From Macrostomum lignano (taxonomy: Eukaryota), in contig NIVC01002683.1 of NCBI GenBank assembly GCA_002269645.1, forward strand, positions 62,001 through 126,000: a DNA stretch of 64,000 bases, in the 5' to 3' direction. The notes under the pieces were generated by a model. That model ran no database searches, had not been told where the DNA came from, and saw nothing but the letters and a program-made list of their open reading frames with translations. Position 1 is the stretch's first letter; every line of letters starts with the position of its first letter. The position numbers were made by a program, and so were the translations under genes. Shown one piece after another: positions 1 through 14,400 of the stretch.

Positions 1-3000
1 TCAGGGTTGTTTAAAGGCGATTCTCAGGCTTGTTTAAAGGCGATTCTCAGGGTTGTTTAATGGCGATTCTCAGGGTTGTTTAAGGGCGATTCTCAGGCTT
101 GTTTAAAGGCGATTCTCAGGGTTGTTTAATGGCGATTCTCAGGTTGTTTAAGGGCGACTCTTAGGGTTGTTTAATGGCGATTCTCAGGGTTGTTTAAGGG
201 CGATTCTCAGGCTTGTTTAAAGGCGATTCTCAGGGTTGTTTAATGGCGATTCTCAGGTTGTTTAAGGGCGATTCTCAGGCTTGTTTAAAGGCGATTCTCA
301 GGGTTGTTTAATGGCGATTCTCAGGTTGTTTAAGGGCGACTCAGGGTTGTTTAATGGCGATTCTCAGGGTTGTTTAAGGGCGATTCTCAGGGTTGTTTAA
401 TGGCGATTCTCAGGGTTGTTTAAGGGCGATTCTCAGGCTTGTTTAAAGGCGATTCTCAGGGTTGTTTAATGGCGATTCTCAGGTTGTTTAAGGGCGACTC
501 TTAGGGTTGTTTAATGGCGATTCTCAGGGTTGTTTAAGGGCGATTCTCAGGCTTGTTTAAAGGCGATTCTCAGGGTTGTTTAATGGCGATTCTCAGGGTT
601 GTTTAAAGGCGATTCTCAGGCTTGTTTAAAGGCGATTCTCAGGGTTGTTTAATGGCGATTCTCAGGGTTGTTTAAAGGCGATTCTCAGGCTTGTTTAAAG
701 GCGATTCTCAGGTTGTTTAAGGCGATTCTCAGGGTTGTTTAATGGCGATTCTCAGGGTTGTTTAAAGGCGATTCTCAGGCTTGTTTAAAGGCGATTCTCA
801 GGGTTGTTTAATGGCGATTCTCAGGGTTGTTTAAGGCGATTCTCAGGCTTGTTTAAAGGCGATTCTCAGGGTTGTTTAATGGCGATTCTCAGGGTTGTTT
901 AAGGCGATTCTCAGGCTTGTTTAAAGGCGATTCTCAGGGTTGTTTAATGGCGATTCTCAGGTTGTTTAAGGGCGACTCTTAGGGTTGTTTAATGGCGATT
1001 CTCAGGGTTGTTTAAGGGCGATTCTCAGGCTTGTTTAAAGGCGATTCTCAGGGTTGTTTAATGGCGATTCTCAGGTTGTTTAAGGGCGATCTCAGGCTTG
1101 TTTAAAGGCGATTCTCAGGGTTGTTTAATGGCGATTCTCAGGTTGTTTAAGGGCGACTCTTAGGGTTGTTTAATGGCGATTCTCAGGGTTGTTTAAGGGC
1201 GATTCTCAGGGTTGTTTAATGGCGATTCTCAGGGTTGTTTAAGGGCGATTCTCAGGCTTGTTTAAAGGCGATTCTCAGGGTTGTTTAATGGCGATTCTCA
1301 GGTTGTTTAAGGGCGACTCTTAGGGTTGTTTAATGGCGATTCTCAGGGTTGTTTAAGGGCGATTCTCAGGTTGTTTAAAGGCGATTCTCAGGCTTGTTTA
1401 AAGGCGATTCTCAGGGTTGTTTAAGGCGATTCTCAGGTTGTTTAAGGGCGATTCTCAGGGTTGTTTAATGGCGATTCTCAGGGTTGTTTAAGGGCGATTC
1501 TCAGGCTTGTTTAAAGGCGATTCTCAGGGTTGTTTAATGGCGATTCTCAGGTTGTTTAAGGCGACTCTTAGGGTTGTTTAATGGCGATTCTCAGGGTTGT
1601 TTAAGGCGATTCTCAGGCTTGTTTAAAGGCGATTCTCAGGGTTGTTTAATGGCGATTCTCAGGTTGTTTAAGGGCGATCTCAGGCTTGTTTAAAGGCGAT
1701 TCTCAGGGTTGTTTAATGGCGATTCTCAGGTTGTTTAAGGGCGACTCTTAGGGTTGTTTAATGGCGATTCTCAGGGTTGTTTAAGGGCGATTCTCAGGCT
1801 TGTTTAAAGGCGATTCTCAGGGTTGTTTAATGGCGATTCTCAGGGTTGTTTAAGGCGATTCTCAGGCTTGTTTAAAGGCGATTCTCAGGGTTGTTTAATG
1901 GCGATTCTCAGGGTTGTTTAAAGGCGATTCTCAGGGTTGTTTAAGGCGATTCTCAGGTTGTTTAAGGGCGATTCTCAGGGTTGTTTAATGGCGATTCTCA
2001 GGGTTGTTTAAGGCGATTCTCAGGCTTGTTTAAAGGCGATTCTCAGGGTTGTTTAATGGCGATTCTCAGGTTGTTTAAGGCGACTCTTAGGGTTGTTTAA
2101 TGGCGATTCTCAGGGTTGTTTAAGGCGATTCTCAGGCTTGTTTAAAGGCGATTCTCAGGGTTGTTTAATGGCGATTCTCAGGTTGTTTAAGGGCGATTCT
2201 CAGGCTTGTTTAAAGGCGATTCTCAGGGTTGTTTAATGGCGATTCTCAGGTTGTTTAAGGCGACTCAGGGTTGTTTAATGGCGATTCTCAGGTTGTTTAA
2301 GGGCGATTCTCAGGGTTGTTTAATGGCGATTCTCAGGGTTGTTTAAGGGCGATTCTCAGGCTTGTTTAAAGGCGATTCTCAGGGTTGTTTAATGGCGATT
2401 CTCAGGTTGTTTAAGGGCGACTCTTAGGGTTGTTTAATGGCGATTCTCAGGGTTGTTTAAGGGCGATTCTCAGGCTTGTTTAAAGGCGATTCTCAGGGTT
2501 GTTTAATGGCGATTCTCAGGTTGTTTAAGGGCGATTCTCAGGGTTGTTTAATGGCGATTCTCAGGGTTGTTTAAGGGCGATTCTCAGGTTGTTTAAGGCG
2601 ATTCTCAGGGTTGTTTAATGGCGATTCTCAGGTTGTTTAAGGGCGACTCTTAGGGTTGTTTAATGGCGATTCTCAGGGTTGTTTAAGGGCGATTCTCAGG
2701 CTTGTTTAAAGGCGATTCTCAGGGTTGTTTAATGGCGATTCTCAGGTTGTTTAAGGGCGACTCTCAGGCTTGTTTAAAGGCGATTCTCAGGGTTGTTTAA
2801 TGGCGATTCTCAGGTTGTTTAAGGCGACTCTTAGGGTTGTTTAATGGCGATTCTCAGGGTTGTTTAAGGGCGATTCTCAGGGTTGTTTAATGGCGATTCT
2901 CAGGGTTGTTTAAGGCGATTCTCAGGCTTGTTTAAAGGCGATTCTCAGGGTTGTTTAATGGCGATTCTCAGGTTGTTTAAGGGCGACTCTTAGGGTTGTT

Positions 3001-6000
3001 TAATGGCGATTCTCAGGGTTGTTTAAGGCGATTCTCAGGCTTGTTTAAAGGCGATTCTCAGGGTTGTTTAATGGCGATTCTCAGGGTTGTTTAAGGCGAT
3101 TCTCAGGCTTGTTTAAAGGCGATTCTCAGGGTTGTTTAATGGCGATTCTCAGGGTTGTTTAAGGCGATTCTCAGGCTTGTTTAAAGGCGATTCTCAGGGT
3201 TGTTTAATGGCGATTCTCAGGGTTGTTTAAGGCGATTCTCAGGGTTGTTTAAAGGCGATTCTCAGGGTTGTTTAAGGCGATTCTCAGGCTTGTTTAAAGG
3301 CGATTCTCAGGGTTGTTTAATGGCGATTCTCAGGTTGTTTAAGGGCGATCTCAGGCTTGTTTAAAGGCGATTCTCAGGGTTGTTTAATGGCGATTCTCAG
3401 GTTGTTTAAGGCGACTCAGGGTTGTTTAATGGCGATTCTCAGGGTTGTTTAAGGCGATTCTCAGGGTTGTTTAATGGCGATTCTCAGGGTTGTTTAAGGC
3501 GATTCTCAGGCTTGTTTAAAGGCGATTCTCAGGGTTGTTTAATGGCGATTCTCAGGTTGTTTAAGGGCGACTCTTAGGGTTGTTTAATGGCGATTCTCAG
3601 GGTTGTTTAATGGCGATTCTCAGGTTGTTTAAGGGCGACTCTTAGGGTTGTTTAATGGCGATTCTCAGGGTTGTTTAAGGCGATTCTCAGGCTTGTTTAA
3701 AGGCGATTCTCAGGGTTGTTTAATGGCGATTCTCAGGGTTGTTTAAAGGCGATTCTCAGGCTTGTTTAAAGGCGATTCTCAGGGTTGTTTAATGGCGATT
3801 CTCAGGGTTGTTTAATGGCGATTCTCAGGGTTGTTTAAAGGCGATTCTCAGGCTTGTTTAAAGGCGATTCTCAGGGTTGTTTAATGGCGATTCTCAGGGT
3901 TGTTTAAAGGCGATTCTCAGGCTTGTTTAAAGGCGATTCTCAGGGTTGTTTAATGGCGATTCTCAGGGTTGTTTAAAGGCGATTCTCAGGGTTGTTTAAT
4001 GGCGATTCTCAGGTTGTTTAAGGGCGACTCTTAGGGTTGTTTAATGGCGATTCTCAGGGTTGTTTAAGGGCGATTCTCAGGCTTGTTTAAAGGCGATTCT
4101 CAGGGTTGTTTAATGGCGATTCTCAGGTTGTTTAAGGGCGACTCTTAGGGTTGTTTAATGGCGATTCTCAGGGTTGTTTAAGGGCGATTCTCAGGTTGTT
4201 TAAAGGCGATTCTCAGGCTTGTTTAATGGCGATTCTCAGGCTTGTTTAAAGGCGATTCTCAGGGTTGTTTAATGGCGATTCTCAGGTTGTTTAAGGGCGA
4301 CTCAGGGTTGTTTAATGGCGATTCTCAGGGTTGTTTAATGGCGATTCTCAGGTTGTTTAAGGGCGACTCAGGGTTGTTTAATGGCGATTCTCAGGGTTGT
4401 TTAAGGCGATTCTCAGGCTTGTTTAAAGGCGATTCTCAGGGTTGTTTAATGGCGATTCTCAGGGTTGTTTAAGGCGATTCTCAGGCTTGTTTAAAGGCGA
4501 TTCTCAGGGTTGTTTAATGGCGATTCTCAGGGTTGTTTAAGGCGATTCTCAGGCTTGTTTAAAGGCGATTCTCAGGGTTGTTTAATGGCGATTCTCAGGG
4601 TTGTTTAAGGGCGATTCTCAGGCTTGTTTAAAGGCGATTCTCAGGGTTGTTTAATGGCGATTCTCAGGTTGTTTAAGGGCGACTCTTAGGGTTGTTTAAT
4701 GGCGATTCTCAGGGTTGTTTAAGGGCGATTCTCAGGCTTGTTTAAAGGCGATTCTCAGGGTTGTTTAATGGCGATTCTCAGGTTGTTTAAGGGCGATTCT
4801 CAGGCTTGTTTAAAGGCGATTCTCAGGGTTGTTTAATGGCGATTCTCAGGTTGTTTAAGGGCGACTCAGGGTTGTTTAATGGCGATTCTCAGGGTTGTTT
4901 AAGGGCGATTCTCAGGGTTGTTTAATGGCGATTCTCAGGGTTGTTTAAGGGCGATTCTCAGGCTTGTTTAAAGGCGATTCTCAGGGTTGTTTAATGGCGA
5001 TTCTCAGGTTGTTTAAGGGCGACTCTTAGGGTTGTTTAATGGCGATTCTCAGGGTTGTTTAAGGCGATTCTCAGGCTTGTTTAAAGGCGATTCTCAGGGT
5101 TGTTTAATGGCGATTCTCAGGGTTGTTTAAGGCGATTCTCAGGCTTGTTTAAAGGCGATTCTCAGGGTTGTTTAATGGCGATTCTCAGGGTTGTTTAAGG
5201 CGATTCTCAGGCTTGTTTAAAGGCGATTCTCAGGTTGTTTAAGGCGATTCTCAGGGTTGTTTAATGGCGATTCTCAGGGTTGTTTAAAGGCGATTCTCAG
5301 GCTTGTTTAAAGGCGATTCTCAGGGTTGTTTAATGGCGATTCTCAGGGTTGTTTAAGGCGATTCTCAGGCTTGTTTAAAGGCGATTCTCAGGGTTGTTTA
5401 ATGGCGATTCTCAGGGTTGTTTAAGGGCGATTCTCAGGCTTGTTTAAAGGCGATTCTCAGGGTTGTTTAATGGCGATTCTCAGGTTGTTTAAGGGCGACT
5501 CAGGGTTGTTTAATGGCGATTCTCAGGGTTGTTTAAGGGCGATTCTCAGGCTTGTTTAAAGGCGATTCTCAGGGTTGTTTAATGGCGATTCTCAGGTTGT
5601 TTAAGGGCGACTCTCAGGCTTGTTTAAAGGCGATTCTCAGGGTTGTTTAATGGCGATTCTCAGGTTGTTTAAGGCGACTCAGGGTTGTTTAATGGCGATT
5701 CTCAGGGTTGTTTAAGGGCGATTCTCAGGGTTGTTTAATGGCGATTCTCAGGGTTGTTTAAGGGCGATTCTCAGGCTTGTTTAAAGGCGATTCTCAGGGT
5801 TGTTTAATGGCGATTCTCAGGTTGTTTAAGGGCAATTCTTAGGGTTGTTTAATGGCGATTCTCAGGGTTGTTTAAGGCGATTCTCAGGTTGTTTAAGGCG
5901 ATTCTCAGGGTTGTTTAAAGGCGATTCTCAGGTTGTTTAAGGCGATTCTCAGGTTGTTTAAGGCGATTCTCAGGGTTGTTTAATGGCGATTCTCAGGTTG

Positions 6001-9000
6001 TTTAAAGGCGATTCTCAGGCTTGTTTAAAGGCGATTCTCAGGGTTGTTTAATGGCGATTCTCAGGTTGTTTAAGGGCGACTCTTAGGGTTGTTTAATGGC
6101 GATTCTCAGGGTTGTTTAAGGGCGATTCTCAGGCTTGTTTAAAGGCGATTCTCAGGGTTGTTTAATGGCGATTCTCAGGTTGTTTAAGGGCGATCTCAGG
6201 CTTGTTTAAAGGCGATTCTCAGGGTTGTTTAATGGCGATTCTCAGGTTGTTTAAGGCGACTCTTAGGGTTGTTTAATGGCGATTCTCAGGGTTGTTTAAG
6301 GGCGATTCTCAGGCTTGTTTAAAGGCGATTCTCAGGGTTGTTTAATGGCGATTCTCAGGTTGTTTAAGGCGATTCTCAGGCTTGTTTAAAGGCGATTCTC
6401 AGGGTTGTTTAATGGCGATTCTCAGGGTTGTTTAAAGGCGATTCTCAGGGTTGTTTAAAGGCGATTCTCAGGCTTGTTTAAGGGCGATTCTCAGGGTTGT
6501 TTAATGGCGATTCTCAGGGTTGTTTAAGGCGATTCTCAGGCTTGTTTAAAGGCGATTCTCAGGGTTGTTTAATGGCGATTCTCAGGTTGTTTAAGGGCGA
6601 CTCTTAGGGTTGTTTAATGGCGATTCTCAGGGTTGCTTAATGGCGATTCTCAGGCTTGTTTAAAGGCGATTCTCAGGGTTGTTTAATGGCGATTCTCAGG
6701 TTGTTTAAGGGCGATTCTCAGGCTTGTTTAAAGGCGATTCTCAGGGTTGTTTAATGGCGATTCTCAGGTTGTTTAAGGGCGACTCTTAGGGTTGTTTAAT
6801 GGCGATTCTCAGGGTTGTTTAAGGGCGATTCTCAGGGTTGTTTAATGGCGATTCTCAGGGTTGTTTAAGGCGATTCTCAGGCTTGTTTAAAGGCGATTCT
6901 CAGGGTTGTTTAATGGCGATTCTCAGGTTGTTTAAGGGCGACTCTTAGGGTTGTTTAATGGCGATTCTCAGGGTTGTTTAAGGGCGATTCTCAGGCTTGT
7001 TTAAAGGCGATTCTCAGGGTTGTTTAATGGCGATTCTCAGGTTGTTTAAGGGCAATTCTTAGGGTTGTTTAATAACGATTCTCAGGGTTGTTTAAGGGCG
7101 ACTCTTAGGGTTGTTTAATGGCGATTCTCAGGGTTGTTTAAGGGCGATTCTCAGGCTTGTTTAAAGGCGATTCTCAGGGTTGTTTAATGGCGATTCTCAG
7201 GTTGTTTAAGGGCAATTCTTAGGGTTGTTTAATAACGATTCTCAGGGTTGTTTAAGGGCGACTCTTAGGGTTGTTTAATGGCGATTCTCAGGGTTGTTTA
7301 AGGGCGATTCTCAGGTTGTTTAAGGCGATTCTCAGGGTTGTTTAATGGCGATTCTCAGGGTTGTTTAAGGGCGATTCTCAGGTTGTTTAAGGGCAATTCT
7401 GAGGGTTGTTTAATGGCGATTCTCAGGGTTGTTTAAGGGCGATTCTCAGGTTGTTTAAAGGCGATTCTCAGGCTTGTTTAAAGGCGATTCTCAGGCTTGT
7501 TTAAAGGCGATTCTCAGGGTTGTTAAATGGCGATTCTCAGGGTTGTTTAATGGCGATTCTCAGGTTGTTTAAGGGCAATTCTTAGGGTTGTTTAATTACG
7601 ATTCTCAGGGTTGTTTAAGGGCGACTCTTAGGGTTGTTTAATGGCGATTCTCAGGGTTGTTTAAGGGCGATTCTGAGGGTTGTTTAATGGCGATTCTGAG
7701 GGTTGTTTAATGGCGATTCTGAGGGTTATTTAAGGGCGATTCTCAGGTTGTTTAAGGGCAATTCTAAGGGTTGTTTAATGGCGATTCTCAGGGTTGTTTA
7801 ATGGCGATTCTCAGGTTGTTTAAGGGCAATTCTTAGGGTTGTTTAATGACGATTCTCAGGGTTGTTTAAGGGCGATTCTGAGGGTTGTTTAATGGCGATT
7901 CTCAGGGTTGTTTAAGGGCGATTCTCAGGGTTGTTTAAGGCGATTCTCAGGCTTGTTTAAAGGCGATTCTCAGGGTTGTTTAATGGCGATTCTCAGGTTG
8001 TTTAAGGGCAATTCTTAGGGTTGTTTAATTACGATTCTCAGGGTTGTTTAAGGGCGACTCTTAGGGTTGTTTAATGGCGATTCTCAGGGTTGTTTAAGGG
8101 CGATTCTGAGGGTTGTTTAATGGCGATTCTGAGGGTTGTTTAATGGCGATTCTGAGGGTTATTTAAGGGCGATTCTCAGGTTGTTTAAGGGAAATTCTGA
8201 GGGTTGTTTAATGGCGATTCTGAGGGTTGTTTAAGGGCGATTCTGAGGGTTGTTTAGTGGCGATTCTCAGGTTGTTTAAGGGCAATTCTTAGGTTGTTTA
8301 ATGACGATTCTCAGGGTTGTTTAAGGGCGATTCTGAGGGTTGTTTAATGGCGATTCTGAGGGTTGTTTAAGGGCGACTCTCAGGGTTGTTTAAGGGCGAT
8401 TCTCAGGCTTGTTTAAAGGCGATTCTCAGGGTTGTTTAATGGCGATTCTCAGGTTGTTTAAGGGCGACTCTTAGGGTTGTTTAATGGCGATTCTCAGGGT
8501 TGTTTAAGGGCGATTCTGAGGGTTGTTTAATGGCGATTCTGAGGGTTGTTTAATGGCGATTCTGAGGGTTATTTAAGGGCGATTCTCAGGTTGTTTAAGG
8601 GCAATTCTGAGGGTTGTTTAATGGCGATTCTGAGGGTTGTTTAGTGGCGATTCTCAGGCTTGTTTAAGGGCGATTCTTAGGTTGTTTAATGACGATTCTC
8701 AGGGTTGTTTAAGGGCGATTCTGAGGGTTGTTTAATGGCGATTCTGAGGGTTGTTTAAGGGCGACTCTCAGGGTTGTTTAAGGGCGATTCTCAGGCTTGT
8801 TTAAAGGCGATTCTCAGGGTTGTTTAATGGCGATTCTCAGGTTGTTTAAGGGCGACTCTTAGGGTTGTTTAATGGCGATTCTCAGGGTTGTTTAAGGGCG
8901 ATTCTGAGGTTGTTTAATGGCGATTCTGAGGGTTGTTTAAGGGCGATTCTCAGGGTTGTTTAAGGGCGATTCTGAGGGTTGTTTAATGGCGATTCTCAGG

Positions 9001-10070
9001 TTGTTTAAGGGCAATTCTTAGGTTGTTTAATGACGATTCTCAGGGTTGTTTAAGGGCGATTCTGAGGGTTGTTTAATGGCGATTCTGAGGGTTGTTTAAG
9101 GGCGACTCTCAGGGTTGTTTAAGGGCGATTCTCAGGCTTGTTTAAAGGCGATTCTCAGGGTTGTTTAATGGCGATTCTCAGGTTGTTTAAGGGCGACTCT
9201 TAGGGTTGTTTAATGGCGATTCTCAGGGTTGTTTAAGGGCGATTCTGAGAGTTGTTTAATGGCGATTCTGAGGGTTGTTTAAGGGCGATTCTCAGGGTTG
9301 TTTAAGGGCGATTCTGAGGGTTGTTTAATGGCGATTCTCAGGCTTGTTTAAGGGCAATTCTTAGGTTGTTTAATGGCGATTCTCAGGGTTGTTTAAAGGG
9401 CGATTCTGAGGGTTGTTTAATGGCGATTCTGAGGGTTGTTTAAGGGCGACTCTCAGGGTTGTTTAAGGGCGATTCTCAGGCTTGTTTAAAGGCGATTCTC
9501 AGGGTTGTTTAATGGCGATTCTCAGGTTGTTTAAGGGCGACTCTTAGGGTTGTTTAATGGCGATTCTCAGGGTTGTTTAAGGGCGATTCTGAGAGTTGTT
9601 TAATGGCGATTCTGAGGGTTGTTTAAGGGCGATTCTCAGGGTTGTTTAAGGGCGATTCTGAGAATTGTTTAATGGCGATTCTGAGGGTTGTTTAAGGGCG
9701 ATTCTCAGGGTTGTTTAAGGGCGATTCTGAGGGTTGTTTAGTGGCGATTCTCAGGCTTGTTTAAGGGCAATTCTTAGGTTGTTTAATGACGATTCTCAGG
9801 GTTGTTTAAGGGCGATTCTGAGGGTTGTTTAATGGCGATTCTGAGGGTTGTTTAAGGGCGACTCTCAGGGTTGTTTAAGGGCGATTCTCAGGCTTGTTTA
9901 AAGGCGATTCTCAGGGTTGTTTAATGGCGATTCTCAGGTTGTTTAAGGGCGACTCTTAGGGTTGTTTAATGGCGATTCTCAGGGTTGTTTAAGGGCGATT
10001 CTGAGAATTGTTTAATGGCGATTCTGAGGGTTGTTTAAGGGCGATTCTCAGGGTTGTTTAAGGGCGATTC
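1..10070. repeat. Satellite array of 22-23 bp units (GGCGATTCTCAGGGTTGTTTAAN) with an irregular ~5-unit higher-order repeat; continues beyond the left edge
   Basis: Unit repeated without interruption through 1-10070. Recurring variants include CTCAGGCTT, CTCAGGTT and GACTCTTAGGG, and new variants (CTGAGGG, GCAATTC) appear after ~7000. Confidence 0.98.
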
Positions 10071-10819
10071 TTGAAAAAAATCCGAATAACAACACGCAAA
10101 TTAAAAGTAGCCTCAAGTGAAATATTCAATTTCGAGTTATTCAACATTTCTAACAGAAAAAGAAACATTACGAGCCTTGTAACACACTGGTGTATTAAAT
10201 GATAACTGTCACTGTTACTAGCGCACATAAATTTTCAGACCCTTATAAGACAGACTACTGAAGTCAGTAGACGGAACAGAAATAATAACATTAATTTTAT
10301 AAATTTAATTACTAAATTCTGCTAACGAAGAATATACGTCACAGGCACTAGAAGCTAAAATTAAAATAATTTGTGCAATTATATTTAGTTAAAAAATTTA
10401 TTGGAATAGAATAATTCTTTTGCAGCCTAAATAAAGGGGTGCGCGTTTCCACTTTTAACTATATCAGCTATTCTAAACAGGGCCGGACTCGGAAGTCAGA
10501 ATGACGTCATAAAACAGAAAAATGAGCTCTGATGGTATTTAGAAATTCTTTAAAGCCAACGAAAGAAGCTAGACATTCCTTAACAAGTTATCCTCCTATG
10601 ATGCCATTATGTCACTATAATGAAAACTATATACTATTGTATAATTGTATAATTATATAACACAGGGTGTGTCACCGTAGCATATAATAAATAATTTTAA
10701 CTCAAAAAATTAAATTTTACTAAGCTACTAACCCGAGGACGTCACTAAGAAACAAAGGACTTCACTAAACTACTAGTATTATGCTGATGTCGTCATCAGA
10801 ACCCAATTTGTCATCACTA

Positions 10820-11240
10820 TAACCATGACGTCACTAGAAAACTACTGATGGCACTATAACTATGAAAACAGTAAAACCAAAATGACGTCACTAGAACCCT
10901 AATGGCGTCACTTAAACCATAATGACGTCACTAGAACCCGAATGACGTCACTAGAACTATAATGGCATCACTAAAACCATAATGACGTCACTAGAATCCG
11001 AATGACGTCACAATAACACACTAATGACGTCCCTAGAACCCTAATGACGTCACTATAACCCTAATGAAGTCACTGGAACCATAATGACGTCACTACAACC
11101 ATAATGACGTCACTAGAACCCTAATGACGTAACTAGAACTCTAATGACGTCAGTAGAACCCTAATGATATCACTAGTACCTCAATGACATCACTAGAACC
11201 TCAATGGCACACTAGAAGCATAATGACGTCACTACAACCT
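10820..11240. repeat. 20-bp minisatellite AATGACGTCACTAGAACCCT, with a palindromic TGACGTCA core
   Basis: 20-bp period is directly visible. I count 11 perfect TGACGTCA copies in 10826-11231. Confidence 0.9.
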
Positions 11241-11495
11241 TAGTGACGCAACACTAGTACAAATGACCTCACACAAAAGCACCGATTACATTATTGGAGC
11301 TCTCTAAATACGTCATTAAAAAAATCCAACGTCGCCATGACGTCGTTGAGATACGAAATTAATGCCCCAATTAGAATTCCAACAATGTGACAAAAGATGA
11401 TAACTTATATACTATTAGCAGGGCCTAGGATTTCAAGATATTTATCATTTTGATAAAAATAATCAATTAATTAGAGCGCCTAATAATGACAGCTA

Positions 11496-14400
11496 CTAAT
11501 CAGAGTCAGCTAGTCCCGGCAGTCGATGCTGAGTAGCCGCATCCAAGCCCATGGCGGCGGCCAGTGAGCACAGCGCCGAGGCGGTCTGTCGAGCCTCCAG
11601 ATGGGCTCGCGCGTCTCGGATCCAGTCGTCAGCCAGCAGGCGAGCCATGCCAGGCAGACGGGCCATCGCTCTGACGGCCGTCTCCAGATCGCCCCGATCG
11701 TTCAGAGCGGCCTCGGCCGTGTCCAACCAATCGAACAAGCTGGGCGGGTTTTGAGGATCAACCGGGTCTTCGGGTTTTAGAGGCTTAGCCGCTCGGCGAA
11801 GCATGAGCGAGGCCTGACAGTTGGGATGGGATTGAGTAATTATTTTACTGCACTACTTTTAGTAAAAATATAAGAAAATTGTAAATGATGAAAAAAAGAA
11901 ATAAATTTATCGAATACACTACTAATAGTAAATGAAGTTCAAGTCTTTTTGCATAAATAAATAGACATTTTAGGAATGTAGGTTTACAGATTAGGATGAT
12001 TTAGGAGTATGGGATTTAGGATGGAGATTATCTAGGAGTATGGGATTTAGGATGGGGATTATCTAGGAGTATGGGATTTAGGATGGAGATTATCTAGGAG
12101 AATGGGATTTAGGATGGGGATTATCTAGGAGTATGGGATTTAGGAGGGAGATGATCTGGGATTATGAGTTTTAGAATGGAGATTATCTAGGAGAATGGGA
12201 TTTAGGATGGGGATTATCCAGGAGTATGGGATTTAGGATGGGGATTATCTAGGAGTATGGGATTTAGGATGGGGATTATCTAGGAGTATGGGATTTAGGA
12301 GGGAGATGATCTGGGATTATGAGTTTTAGAATGGAGATTATCTAGGAGTATGGGATTTAGGATGGGGATTATCTAGGAGTATGGGATTTAGGATGGGGAT
12401 TATCTAGGAGTATGGGATTTAGGAGGGAGATGATCTGGGATTATGAGTTTTAGAATGGGGATTATCTAGGAGTATGGGATTTAGGATGGGGATTATCTAT
12501 GTTAGGAGTATGGGATTTAGGTTTTAGGATGGGGATTATCTAGGAGTATGGAATTTAGGATGAGGATTATCTAGGAGTATGGGATTTAGGATGGGGATTA
12601 TCTGGGATTATGAGTTTTAGAATGGGGATTATCTAGGAGTATGGGATTTAGGATGGGGATTATCTAGGAGTATGGGATTTAGGTTGGGGATTATCGGGGA
12701 TGAGATCGACTTTGACCTCCTCATCTCTTAATCCTCACCTGCAAGCGGCTAACCAGATGAAGCCACAGGCTGCCGCCAGTCTCAGGTATCAGCGCCACCT
12801 GCGCACAGGCCCTCCGGACACGGGCGAATCGAGTTACGAGGGCCTCGTCGCTGGCGACGGTGCAACGGGTCGGCAGGGCTGCGGTCAGGGCGCTGGCGGC
12901 GTCGTCCTGACCAAGGCGAGACGCCAGCGCCACGACGGCTTCCATTGGGGCGCGGAAATTCCTGCCAGAAGTCACGGCGTCTCGAAGACTGTGAGCGGCT
13001 AGCCAGAGTTGCTGGGCGCGTTGGGCGCTCTCCAGTGCCTCGGCCCGGCCTTCGACGGCTGACTCGACACCGCGTACTCGAGCGGTCCAACCCTTGCGGT
13101 TTGGAAGATTAGTTGATGAAATATGTAATCAGATTAGGTGTAATATGTAATCAGATTGGGTGTAATATGTAATCAGATTAGGTGTAATAAGTAATCAGAT
13201 TATGTGTGTAATATGTAATCAGATTGGGTGTAATATGTAATCAGATTAGGTGTAATATGTAATCAGATTCGGTGTAATATGTAATCAGATTAGGTGTAAT
13301 ATGTAATCAGATTGGGTGTAATATGTAATCAGATTAGGTGTAATATGTAATCAGATTCGGTGTAATATGTAATCAGATTAGGTGTAATATGTAATCAGAT
13401 TAGGTGTAATATGTAATCAGATTGGGTGTAATATGTAATCAGATTAGGTGTAATAAGTAATCAGATTATGTGTGTAATATGTAATCAGATTGGGTGTAAT
13501 ATGTAATCAGATTAGGTGTAATATGTAATCAGATTCGGTGTAATATGTAATCAGATTAGGTGTAATATGTAATCAGATTGGGTGTAATATGTAATCAGAT
13601 TAGGTGTAATAAGTAATCAGATTATGTGTGTAATATGTAATCAGATTGGGTGCAATATGTAATCAGATTAGGTGTAATATGTAATCAGATTGGGTGTAAT
13701 ATGTAATCAGATTAGGTGTAATATGTAATCAGATTCGGTGTAATATGTAATCAGATTAGGTGTAATATGTAATCAGATTAGGTGTAATATGTAATCAGAT
13801 TAGGTGTAATATGTAATCAGATTAGGTGTAATATGTAATCAGATTAGGTGTAAACTGTAATCAGATTAGGTGCAATGTGTAATCAGCTTACGTAATACGA
13901 ATGAGAATAGAAATTATTTCTACCTGCAGAGCGGCCTCAAACTCCTCGTGCTCCTTGAGCAGGGCGGCCCGCAGCTCCGCCTGGTGCTCCCTAGTCAGCT
14001 GATCCCGCAGAGTCCTGGTCAGCTGGGTCACGTGATTTGTGTGAGCCGCCGCCTGCCTGCTCAACTCCTGCTGCAATTCCACTTCCCAAGATTCGCGCAG
14101 CTGTTGAGTCTGTAAATTAGAAAAAATAGGCAGGATGGAGCAAATGGGCGTAAATCTTCTATATAACTCTCAAAATATTATACCTAATCTCTGAAATTCA
14201 TGTGCGTATACTTTCCCCGAAACGATTCCCCAATTAACAGTAATCACAAAATCCCTAACTCTAGAAAGAACCAGAAAGTAAAGCCACAACCTCAAATTTT
14301 CCTATTCGAAGACAGAAATCCCAAAATCTCCCAGCTAGAGGATAGAAATCCCAAAATCTCCCAACTCTGGAGTGAAATCCCAAAATCTCCCAACTCGAGG

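Noticed and set aside
1-10070. Possible CRISPR array or telomere
   Set aside because: There are no unique spacers and no cas genes, and the context is eukaryotic. TTAGGG occurs only singly inside longer units, never as a tandem run.
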